24,000 nucleotides of DNA from Methanoculleus sp. SDB (GTDB lineage Archaea; Halobacteriota; Methanomicrobia; Methanomicrobiales; Methanomicrobiaceae), in assembly GCA_001412355.1 (NCBI GenBank), contig LKUD01000033.1, positions 39,179-63,178 on the forward strand. The letters are read 5' to 3'. The number at the start of each line of letters is the position of its first letter. Position 1 is the stretch's first letter. This document shows, one piece after another, positions 9,296-16,846 of the stretch. The notes beneath the pieces were generated by a model that saw only the letters and a program-made list of their open reading frames with translations, ran no database searches and had not been told where the DNA came from. A program made the translations under genes and the position numbers.

Positions 9296-9808
9296 TCAGA
9301 AAAACTTTCTGAACCTCTCCCCCGTCGCATGGCAGATCGGGCAGTGTTCGGGAGGAGCGTTCCGTGCGCAGATGTACCCGCAGACCGGGCAGCGCAGGAC
9401 GGGGTATGCGAGTTTCCGGGGCACATCAGTCTCCTGCGGGCGAACGAATCCGGACCGTTCTGATGCTGCAGGCCGCCGTTCCGGAATGGGGGCCGCTTCG
9501 GCACGACCCTCAGCAATCATGTCGGAGACATACAGGGCACAGTAACACGATCCGTATTCGGCAAGATCGGGATCACGATAATCGCAGGGACAGACGATAT
9601 CCAGATCGTCCTCCCTCTTTCCTGCCGCACGCCGGCAGGGGCACGCCTGATACCCGTATCGTTTCTCATTTGCTATCAGGCCCCGGACAAGATGGCGGGT
9701 AACGGACATATCGGGATTCAGGTGGTACCCGGAATGTTCAGCCTCGTTCCGGAGACGCGCCACACGCGCCGAAATTTCATCCTCACTGACGTCAGGCAGT
9801 TTCTTCAT
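9296..9808 (-). CDS. Ferredoxin:thioredoxin-reductase catalytic-subunit-like protein fused to a C-terminal rubredoxin domain
   Basis: Track ORF of 170 aa. The FTR-type Cys pattern is ACPCRR...VCPCDYRDPDLAEYGSCYCALY (CPC...CPC...CxC). The C-terminal rubredoxin knuckles are CPVCGY...CPICHA. Confidence 0.88.
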   Translation of the reverse strand: MKKLPDVSEDEISARVARLRNEAEHSGYHLNPDMSVTRHLVRGLIANEKRYGYQACPCRRAAGKREDDLDIVCPCDYRDPDLAEYGSCYCALYVSDMIAEGRAEAAPIPERRPAASERSGFVRPQETDVPRKLAYPVLRCPVCGYICARNAPPEHCPICHATGERFRKFF

Positions 9809-10083
9809 CAGGCAAGCGCCTCCCGTATCTGGTCTTCATGAAAACCCACGATTACCCTGTCGCCGATGCGAATCACCGGAAACGACCCGCGGGGGTTGTA
9901 CCGGGTGACGTCATCAAGCACCTCTTTCATCTCATCGTCCTCCAGCAGATCGACGTATATATAGGAGAAGGCGACCCCGAGCTCGCCGAGGAGTTCTTTC
10001 GTTTTCCGGCACCACTGGCACGTGCTCAGGGCGTAGAGGATGATGTTACCCCGGTCGATCCCCTCAACCCGTTCGAATTCCAT
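9808..10083 (-). CDS. Glutaredoxin/NrdH-like small thiol-disulfide oxidoreductase
   Basis: Track ORF is 9808..10140. The start was moved to ATG 10081-10083 (MEFERVEGIDRGNIILYALSTCQWCRK). It has a CQWC active site and a Grx-like fold signature (..PVIRIGDRVIVGF). Its TGA overlaps the ATG of the FTR gene (ATGA at 9806-9810). Confidence 0.85.
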   Translation of the reverse strand: MEFERVEGIDRGNIILYALSTCQWCRKTKELLGELGVAFSYIYVDLLEDDEMKEVLDDVTRYNPRGSFPVIRIGDRVIVGFHEDQIREALA

Positions 10084-10226
10084 GGCGATTACTATCGGGG
10101 CAGAGAATAAGGATTTTTCCGTGGAATGATAGGTGCGCATCCCCCGGATTTAGGGATAGGTAATTATAGAAGGAGCCGAAAGATTCCTTTTCGTATGCTA
10201 CTGCCGCATAACCGCAGCATACCGGG

Positions 10227-10658
10227 ATGATATGCATGAGAATGATACGAGGATTGCTGCTGGTCTGCATCATGATCTCGATGTTCGCTGCCGCAGGATG
10301 CACGAACGGCGAGGAGACGACACCGGCTGCGACAGGCACTCCGGCGGTGACCGCGACACCCTCCCCGTCGCCCGGGCCGGTATTCGAGAAAAATATAATC
10401 GAATTTGAAAAGCGGTACACTCCCGAAGGCACCTGTTACTGGGAAACCCGGATTGAACTCGTGAACACCGGCACCGGGGCGGCAACGAACGTGAAAGTCC
10501 TCGTATCACTGGTCAACGAGGACTCGGGTGCAACGGCCGATTCAGAGAGCGAATTATTTACCCGGTTCAATGCCGGTGAAAGTAAAAGCTTTGTCAAGCG
10601 GTTGAACGGCGAATGCGATCAGGGATACCGGGTGGAAATCGCCATCGACTCTGATTAG
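10227..10658 (+). CDS. Small secreted lipoprotein, hypothetical (possible CARDB-like beta-sandwich)
   Basis: Track ORF of 143 aa. The signal peptide ends FAAAGCTNG (lipobox-like) and is followed by a Thr/Pro/Ala linker (TTPAATGTPAVTATPSPSPGP). The segment IELVNTGTGAATNVKVLVSLVN is reminiscent of CARDB domains. The start codon choice (10227, 10236 or 10242) is unresolved. Confidence 0.7.
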   Translation: MICMRMIRGLLLVCIMISMFAAAGCTNGEETTPAATGTPAVTATPSPSPGPVFEKNIIEFEKRYTPEGTCYWETRIELVNTGTGAATNVKVLVSLVNEDSGATADSESELFTRFNAGESKSFVKRLNGECDQGYRVEIAIDSD

Positions 10659-11173
10659 CTCCGGTCGGGATCCCCGCGGGCATCCGCGGCACACCGGAGC
10701 CGTTTTGCAAGATGTTCGGCATGGGAGCCCATCCAGTAGAGCTTCCGGCAGCGGGGGCACCAGTAAAATTCTTTTCCCTTCTTTTCCTTCGGCGAGTAAG
10801 GCGTATCCGCCACTTCATGGGGCAAGGCCGGCCGGAGAGGCGTGTTGCAGAGCGAACACCGCTGCATCCGGAGGGTCAGAGATTCGGGAAGGATCCTGTT
10901 TCGCATTAACTGCGAGATCTGTTCGATAACGTCCTCGGACTCGATGAGCAGGGCTCCCGGGCCGCCCCGCCGCGCGAGTTCGCGGTCACGGGTTAAGAGA
11001 ATACGTCCGCTTGTCTCCGCAATACCGAGGAGCCGGGTATCCTCGCGCGAATTTCCCCTGCGGATGCTGTTGGCGCTCAGGGTGTCGTACCCGAGAAACC
11101 GGAGATACCGCGTCAGCGTGCCGAGCATCCGGTCGGCAACGAAGCGAACAGGAGGGTTCGTGTCAGCCGACAT
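10655..11173 (-). CDS. Mut7-C / DUF82 PIN-like RNase domain protein with C-terminal Zn ribbon
   Basis: Track ORF is 10655..11332. The start was moved to ATG 11171-11173 (MSADTNPPVRFVADRMLGTLTRYLRFLGYDT). The family pattern is D.MLG.L.R.LR.LGYDT...ILLTRDREL...RCSLCN...FYWCPRCRKLYWMGSH. It overlaps the radical SAM stop by 11 nt. Confidence 0.85.
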   Translation of the reverse strand: MSADTNPPVRFVADRMLGTLTRYLRFLGYDTLSANSIRRGNSREDTRLLGIAETSGRILLTRDRELARRGGPGALLIESEDVIEQISQLMRNRILPESLTLRMQRCSLCNTPLRPALPHEVADTPYSPKEKKGKEFYWCPRCRKLYWMGSHAEHLAKRLRCAADARGDPDRS

Positions 11174-12197
11174 GCCTGAGGATTGGTATATTCGCCCCGC
11201 ATCCGGCGCAATTCGTCCCGTCAAGCTGCCGGAAATGCACCGAATATCCCGCCCTTTCGATAAGGAGCTCCCCGCAGTCGGGGCAGTACGTGTGCTCGTA
11301 CGGATGGCTGAAGACATTTCCCATATAGACATACCGCATGCCGATCTCCCGGGCGCGATCGCAGATCTTCTCCAGCAGCTTCACCGGAGTGGCGGGACGA
11401 TCCGTCATCTTGTAATCCGGGTGAAATGCCGTGAAATGCATGGGCGTGTCCGGGCCGAGCGTATCATATGTCCACCTGATAAGGGCATCCGTCTCCTCGG
11501 GGGAGTCATTCAGCCCGGGTATCACGAGAGTCACGGTCTCGATATGCATCCCGAGTTCATGCGCACGGACCGTGGCGTCCAGCACCGGCTGGAGGTGCGC
11601 CCCGCAGATTTTCCGGTAAAACGGGTCTGAAAACGCCTTGATATCCACGCGGAACGCATCAAGCATGGGGGAGAGGGAGGTGAGAGCCTCCTCCGTGATG
11701 TATCCGTTCGTTACATAGACCGTCCCGAGACCCCGCTTGCGTGCGAGTGCGCCCATATCGCTCGTATACTCGTGCCAGATCGTGGGCTCGTTATAGGTCC
11801 ACGCGATGCTGGCACAGCCGTTTGCCAGGGCACGTGTCACACCCTCGTCGGGCTGGAGATCACGAAGCGCGAAATCCTCAAACGAGGCTGCCGAGATGTG
11901 CCAGTTCTGGCAGTGGCGGCAGTGAAAATTGCATCCGACGCTTCCGAGGGAATATGACGTGGTTCCCGGCAGATAATGAAACAGGGGTTTTTTTTCGATC
12001 GGATCGATCGCCTCCGCACTGATCTTTCCGTAGGTCGCTGCATAGAGGATTCCCTGCCGGTTCAACCGGACGCCGCAGATTCCGTGCCCTCCCTCCCGGA
12101 TTGTGCACCGGTGGCTGCACAGCGAGCACTGCACCGTCGTTCCTTCGAGAACCGAATACTGCGTTGCCTCATGCATCGAATCGCGGTCAGACGTCAC
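11163..12197 (-). CDS. AmmeMemoRadiSam-type radical SAM enzyme (PflA-like activase fold)
   Basis: Track ORF of 344 aa with a GTG start at 12195-12197 preceded by GAGGAGG. The radical SAM cluster motif is CNFHCRHCQNW, and there is an N-terminal auxiliary Cys motif QCSLCSHRCTIREGGHGICGVR. The C-terminal CPDCG...CAGCG pattern is typical of this family. Confidence 0.9.
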   Translation of the reverse strand: MTSDRDSMHEATQYSVLEGTTVQCSLCSHRCTIREGGHGICGVRLNRQGILYAATYGKISAEAIDPIEKKPLFHYLPGTTSYSLGSVGCNFHCRHCQNWHISAASFEDFALRDLQPDEGVTRALANGCASIAWTYNEPTIWHEYTSDMGALARKRGLGTVYVTNGYITEEALTSLSPMLDAFRVDIKAFSDPFYRKICGAHLQPVLDATVRAHELGMHIETVTLVIPGLNDSPEETDALIRWTYDTLGPDTPMHFTAFHPDYKMTDRPATPVKLLEKICDRAREIGMRYVYMGNVFSHPYEHTYCPDCGELLIERAGYSVHFRQLDGTNCAGCGANIPILRHVG

Positions 12198-12373
12198 AAC
12201 GAATCCTCCTCATTCTTTCCCTGTGCGTTCGCACCTCTCTCCTCCGTATCGCGATCGTCCTCAACAACGAGAGCCCCCTCGTATCCGCACTGCTTGCACC
12301 GGTAGAGCATGCCGGTGTACCCGCCCGCAACGAGATACATTTCAGTGCTCCCGCACACAGGACAGCAGATCAT
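12194..12373 (-). CDS. 59-aa zinc-ribbon protein (unlisted in track, just under its length cutoff)
   Basis: Manual translation gives MICCPVCGSTEMYLVAGGYTGMLYRCKQCGYEGALVVEDDRDTEERGANAQGKNEEDSL. It has two CxxC knuckles and an acidic tail. Its TGA overlaps the GTG start of the radical SAM gene (GTGA at 12194-12197), suggesting translational coupling. Confidence 0.6.
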   Translation of the reverse strand: MICCPVCGSTEMYLVAGGYTGMLYRCKQCGYEGALVVEDDRDTEERGANAQGKNEEDSL

Positions 12374-12436
12374 ATGAGTGTCTGAATGAAAGCAACCGAC
12401 AAAAAAGTATCTTTCCGGGGTGGTCGCCGCCGCGCC

Positions 12437-14086
12437 TTACGGCGTCTCGAGTTCGCGGAACCGGAAAACCACACGCCAGTCCTGCTGTTCGCGAAGCGTG
12501 ACCTCATCGGCGGCCTCCAGCGCTTCCACGAGCGATCCGATTGTGCGGACCCGTTTGATCTGCAGGCCGATAATCGAGAGATGGCGGACCATATGCGCAT
12601 ATCGTTCGGAATTACGGAGATATTCGCGTTTAATCCTGATTGCGCCAAGTGCGGCCGCCACTGCAGGGAAGATGATCGTCAGCACGGCAAGGAGAGAGGA
12701 CGTGTCACCGTGGCCGACGGCCCAGATATGATCAAGGCCGTAGGCATGCATCGCCGCAAAAACAAGCGTCAGGGTAAAGAGCGTATTTCCTGCCTGCGAC
12801 AGAATTTCATGCCTCTGGCGGTTCCATCCGCTCATCGTCGTATAACTGGAAATCTGGTCGTCGATCCATGCGGAGATGATGAAATTTTTCAGCTCCTCAA
12901 ACGGCGGGGTGAGCTCGCAGTACAGCTGAGGTCGCGTCTCGAGGATCCGCGTGAACGCCGCTTCGATCCAGTCGTTCGGAGTATGGGAAAGCATCGGTTT
13001 CATGGCAGGATCCGGCGTTTCCGCCCGCACGCAGAAGAGCGAGAGGAAAAGAGCAGTCCTGAGCCTTTCGGAGAGGAACCGGTAATCCATCCATTTCCGG
13101 TGCCAGTCACCGAGACGGGACGCAATGAGAAGCACGAGAACCGTACCCATCTCCGCCACTTCGATCCAGAGTAGCTCTAAAAAATCGGGAAAGAAGAGTG
13201 TCTGGATTGCTACAGTCGCAACCGCCGCCGCTGCAAGTGCGTACACGAGCGAGCCGGCACGCATATATCTCCGTTCATACCGCTTCGTCAGGAGAACGGT
13301 GCGGGAAAAATGCGGAAGGAGTGTTTCGGCAAGGGGACGGATAACCACAGGATCCAACCCGAATATTCTGGCTTTTTCGGTAAACCTGCCGTAGATATCC
13401 CTGCACAGGCCTGTGATCTCTCCCCCGCCTACGGTTTCTCCGTTAAAGCTGTTCAGATACTCGAACGATTCGAGGATTCCATCACCATGGCGCTCTTCCA
13501 TGACCTTACCGGTCGTCAGATCGATCCAGAAGAGTGTCCGGCCGACCATGCGGGCATACTTGACCATGTCTGCCGTACCGCCGGGGATGCGGGCAGGTTT
13601 TCCATCCCAGATAGCGACGAGCACATCGCAGTACCGGACGATTGCATGCCCGACCTCTTCACAGGCACCTCTCCTGTCCGTATCTTCCGGCACCATCACT
13701 TCGACGGAGGAAGCCCGGTCCACGAGTGACCGGCACGCTTCACGCGAAGCATGCGTGGAGCATTCGGCGATATACTCGTCGACTTTCATCGGAAGGAAAA
13801 GCCGCAGTTCGGCGTCGCTCGCCATGCCGCGTCCGGGCCAGGCGAGCACCTCTCCGGAAAGGAGCCGATCGCCGCCCTCCGTAAGAGAGGAGATGGCGGC
13901 ATACCGGTGAGGAGTGTCGCGAAGGATCTGATCAAGGCGCTCCAGAACCTGCCGGATCGCCGCTGCCACCTGCTCTTCATCGGCAAGCGTCCGCTGGCCG
14001 GTGACTCCGATCCTGACCGTCGCCGGAACACGGAACCGGTCTTGTGCAGGACCGGATTTTGCGGATGATGTTTTCATTGCCATCAA
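12437..14086 (-). CDS. SLOG-like Rossmannoid domain fused to two tandem SLATT/DUF4231-type 2TM modules (predicted nucleotide-sensing membrane effector)
   Basis: Track ORF of 549 aa. The N-terminal ~200 aa read RIGVTGQRTL...SSLTEGGDRL...CDVLVAIWDGKPARIPGGTADMVKYARMVGRTLFWID, a LOG/SLOG/deoxyribosyltransferase-like pattern. Next come two TM helices (SLVYALAAAAVATVAIQTLFF, LLWIEVAEMGTVLVLLIASRLG) plus DWHRKWMDYRFLSERLR. A second module follows: WIDDQISSYTTMSGWNRQRH plus TMs TLFTLTLVFAAMHAYGL and LLAVLTIIFPAVAAALGAI. The ORF itself is confident; the function is inferred. Confidence 0.85.
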   Translation of the reverse strand: MMAMKTSSAKSGPAQDRFRVPATVRIGVTGQRTLADEEQVAAAIRQVLERLDQILRDTPHRYAAISSLTEGGDRLLSGEVLAWPGRGMASDAELRLFLPMKVDEYIAECSTHASREACRSLVDRASSVEVMVPEDTDRRGACEEVGHAIVRYCDVLVAIWDGKPARIPGGTADMVKYARMVGRTLFWIDLTTGKVMEERHGDGILESFEYLNSFNGETVGGGEITGLCRDIYGRFTEKARIFGLDPVVIRPLAETLLPHFSRTVLLTKRYERRYMRAGSLVYALAAAAVATVAIQTLFFPDFLELLWIEVAEMGTVLVLLIASRLGDWHRKWMDYRFLSERLRTALFLSLFCVRAETPDPAMKPMLSHTPNDWIEAAFTRILETRPQLYCELTPPFEELKNFIISAWIDDQISSYTTMSGWNRQRHEILSQAGNTLFTLTLVFAAMHAYGLDHIWAVGHGDTSSLLAVLTIIFPAVAAALGAIRIKREYLRNSERYAHMVRHLSIIGLQIKRVRTIGSLVEALEAADEVTLREQQDWRVVFRFRELETP

Positions 14087-14182
14087 GGGGAAATTCAGCA
14101 GTTCTTATAAGCATATCGTTTTCGAGCACCCGCTTCTCCATCTTATAGACATATATGGAAAGGGTGACAATCACTAGGTGAG

Positions 14183-14887
14183 ATGAAAACCATTGTCCTC
14201 TCCCTCGGCGGATCCGTTCTGGTTCCTTCGCTTGAATCAAACAATATCAGCCGGTATGCTTCGGTATTACGGGAAATTGCACAACGATGCCGGTTATACG
14301 TCGTCATCGGTGGCGGCGGGGAGGCACGCCGGTATATCAGCGTTGCACGTTCCCTCGGGATGGACGAGGCGGGTTCGGACGAGCTCGGCATCCAGATCAC
14401 ACGCCTCAATGCGGCGTTGCTCGCAGGAGCGCTCGGTGATAGCGCATACCCGGCAATTCCGGGCAGCTGCCGGGAGGCCAAACGCTTCGGTGAATCGGGT
14501 AAGATCGTCGTAATGGGAGGGGTTGCGCCGGCCCAGACGACCGATGCCGTTTCCGCCGTTCTCGCCGAATGCGTACACGCCGACGTGCTGGTCAACGCCA
14601 CGTCTGTCGACGGCATATACAGCGCCGATCCGAAGACCAATCCTTCGGCCCGGCGCTACGACGCCCTGACGCCCGAGGAGCTGATTGCCATCGTTGCCGG
14701 TGACCGGCTGCATGCCGGATCCAATGCGGTCATCGACATCGTGGCGGCAAAGGTCATTCAGCGGAGTTCGATCCCGCTCGTGGTGCTCGACGGGAGGGAT
14801 CCGGATACCCTGAAAAACGCACTCCTCGGAGTGACGTTTCGGGGCAGCGTTGTCAATCCCGACAAAAGGAATCCGTTGCCGCTCTGA
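14183..14887 (+). CDS. pyrH: Uridylate (UMP) kinase, archaeal type
   Basis: Track ORF of 234 aa. Amino-acid-kinase fold motifs include MKTIVLSLGGSVL, VVIGGGGEARRY, VVMGGVAPAQTTDAVSA and NATSVDGIYSADP. AGGTGAG lies upstream of the ATG. Confidence 0.93.
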   Translation: MKTIVLSLGGSVLVPSLESNNISRYASVLREIAQRCRLYVVIGGGGEARRYISVARSLGMDEAGSDELGIQITRLNAALLAGALGDSAYPAIPGSCREAKRFGESGKIVVMGGVAPAQTTDAVSAVLAECVHADVLVNATSVDGIYSADPKTNPSARRYDALTPEELIAIVAGDRLHAGSNAVIDIVAAKVIQRSSIPLVVLDGRDPDTLKNALLGVTFRGSVVNPDKRNPLPL

Positions 14888-14900
14888 AAATTCCGGTAAC

Positions 14901-14912
14901 TATTTTTATGCA
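14901..14912 (+). promoter_or_regulatory. Archaeal TATA-like box for tRNA-Pro
   Basis: TATTTTTATGCA is centred ~30 nt upstream of tRNA position 1 and is preceded by CGGTAAC (BRE-like). This spacing is compatible with an archaeal promoter giving a short leader. Confidence 0.45.
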
Positions 14913-14936
14913 CCGCATCCACAAATACTAGCACCC

Positions 14937-15011
14937 GGGGCAGTAGGGTAGCCTGGTCCATCCTAGAGCGTTTGGGACGCTTTGACGGCAGTTCGAATCT
15001 GCCCTGCCCCA
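14937..15011 (+). tRNA. tRNA-Pro (anticodon UGG)
   Basis: The cloverleaf was folded by hand. Acceptor GGGGCAG/CTGCCCC; D arm with A14, G18G19 and A21; anticodon stem GAGCG/CGCTT with loop TT-TGG-GA. The variable loop is TGAC, the T arm is GGCAG-TTCGAAT-CTGCC and the discriminator is A. There is no encoded CCA and no intron. Confidence 0.93.
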
Positions 15012-15016
15012 TTTTC

Positions 15017-15703
15017 ATGCAGCGGTCCGAAGCCTGCACGGTCTATCGCATTCTCCGGGAGTATTATGGTGTCACCCGCTCTTCAGAGCGCCATTTTCTC
15101 GATTTTAAAAACCCGTTCGAGATTCTTGTCATGACCATCCTCTCCGCACAGACGACGGACCGGACGGTTAACGCCGTAAAGGACACGCTGTTTCACCGGT
15201 ACCCGGATCCCGCCGCACTCGCCCGGGCCGATCCCGCCGAGGTGGAACGGATTATCAGGAGCACCGGGTTTTTCCGGGCCAAGGCGAGGAATATCATACG
15301 GGCGGCAGGTATTCTTGAAAGCCGCCATGGCGGAAACGTCCCGTCCTCAATGGACGAACTCCTTCTCCTGCCCGGAGTGGGAAGGAAGACGGCAAATATC
15401 GTGCTCCACCATGCCTATGACATAACCGCGGGAATTGCCGTCGACACCCATGTAAAGCGCGTTTCCACTCGTCTCGGCTTCACCGAAAAAACAGACCCCG
15501 ACGAGATCGAGAAAGACCTCACAGTCCTTTTTCCCAGAAAGGCATGGAGTGAGATCAATTATCTCTTCATCAGGCACGGGCGCAGTATCTGCGATGCAAA
15601 AAAACCGAGGTGCACGGAATGCCCCGTTTCGGGGCACTGCCGGTACTACCTGTCCGGACGGTCAGGGGATGAGGGACGTATACATGAGATAACAGCCCCA
15701 TGA
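15017..15703 (+). CDS. nth: Endonuclease III (DNA glycosylase/AP lyase)
   Basis: Track ORF is 14972..15703. The start was moved to ATG 15017 because earlier codons lie inside the tRNA. Motifs: FEILVMTILSAQTTD, HhH-GPD LPGVGRKTANIVL, and the FeS cluster loop CDAKKPRCTECPVSGHC. Confidence 0.92.
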   Translation: MQRSEACTVYRILREYYGVTRSSERHFLDFKNPFEILVMTILSAQTTDRTVNAVKDTLFHRYPDPAALARADPAEVERIIRSTGFFRAKARNIIRAAGILESRHGGNVPSSMDELLLLPGVGRKTANIVLHHAYDITAGIAVDTHVKRVSTRLGFTEKTDPDEIEKDLTVLFPRKAWSEINYLFIRHGRSICDAKKPRCTECPVSGHCRYYLSGRSGDEGRIHEITAP

Positions 15704-16840
15704 CACCACCGCCGAAGCGGGCAGCGTGATCACCCATGCAGCGACAATTTCACGGACAATCCCCCATTTCACGGCCGAATATCCGCGGGTTGCCCCGACC
15801 CCCATGATCGCCCCGCTCATGGCATGCGTGGTCGAGACCGGGACACCCAGCGCGGTCATCAGCGACAGCACCCCGCCCCCCGCAGTCGAAGCGCAAAATC
15901 CCTGATACGGCCTGATTTTCGTTATCCCCGTTGCCATCTTCTTGACCACCCTCCAGCCGCCGAAGAGCGTGCCGAGTGCGATGGCAAGACAGGAGACCAG
16001 AATTACCCAGAAAGGAACGGAAAAATCGGTGAGAAAACCCCCGGCGACGAGCATTGCCGTAATGACACCCATCGCGTTCTGTGCGTCGTTCGAACCGTGG
16101 CCGATTGCCTGAAAGGATCCCGCGAAAATCTGGAGGGGTTTGAAGGCACGGTTCAGGCGGGCGGGATGGACTTTCCGGAACCATCGCATGATGATAATGC
16201 CGAAAAAGAATGCGGAGAGGAAACCGAGCATTGGGGAGACCACGATAAACACCAGGACGGCGAGGATCCCCTTCACCGTGATAACACCCGGGATGATCAG
16301 CAGCGGCACGATAAGTGACATTCCCGCCAGAAATCCGGTCCCGAGAGTATCCCGGAGCGGGTTTCCCCGGTGAAGATTGAACGCCGTGTATACGGCGGCA
16401 CCCGCCACTCCGCCAATCACCATATACGCGAGCAGCGCCGTGACGGTCCCGATATCGGGCCACAGTATGGAAGCCGCCCCGCCTGCACCGATACCCGCAC
16501 CCACCAGCCCGCCGACGAGCGCATGGCTGCTTGAAACGGGAATCCCGAAATATGACGAGAGAAACACCCAGAGTACGGCACCGATAAGGCCCGTCAGCAG
16601 GAGGTGGGGGGTGAGGAAACCGGGATCGACGATACCCTTTCCGATCGTTGTTGCAATCGCCGTCGAGAAGATAAAAGGCCCGACAAGGTTGAATATCGAG
16701 GCGAGCAGGACGGCACGTAACGGTGAGAGGGCCCGCGTGGCGACGATGGTCGCGATCGAATTAGCCGCATCGTTCAGCCCGTTGACAAAATTGAACAGGA
16801 GGGCGATAAAAATCCCGGCGGCGATGATGACAATCTCCAT
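15662..16840 (-). CDS. Inorganic phosphate transporter, PiT family
   Basis: Track ORF of 392 aa. It is polytopic with the duplicated PHO4 signature (NGLNDAANSIAT and GHGSNDAQNAMG). The 3' end overlaps nth convergently. Confidence 0.93.
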   Translation of the reverse strand: MEIVIIAAGIFIALLFNFVNGLNDAANSIATIVATRALSPLRAVLLASIFNLVGPFIFSTAIATTIGKGIVDPGFLTPHLLLTGLIGAVLWVFLSSYFGIPVSSSHALVGGLVGAGIGAGGAASILWPDIGTVTALLAYMVIGGVAGAAVYTAFNLHRGNPLRDTLGTGFLAGMSLIVPLLIIPGVITVKGILAVLVFIVVSPMLGFLSAFFFGIIIMRWFRKVHPARLNRAFKPLQIFAGSFQAIGHGSNDAQNAMGVITAMLVAGGFLTDFSVPFWVILVSCLAIALGTLFGGWRVVKKMATGITKIRPYQGFCASTAGGGVLSLMTALGVPVSTTHAMSGAIMGVGATRGYSAVKWGIVREIVAAWVITLPASAVVSWGCYLMYTSLIP

Positions 16841-16846
16841 GGCGGT

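Noticed and set aside
9145-9516. The 124-codon N-terminal extension of the 1304-aa track ORF (5602..9516).
   Set aside because: It overlaps the well-supported FTR-rubredoxin gene on the same strand in another frame and is Arg/Pro/Gly-rich with no HEAT repeats. A clean ATG at 9142-9144 begins the repeat-containing protein.
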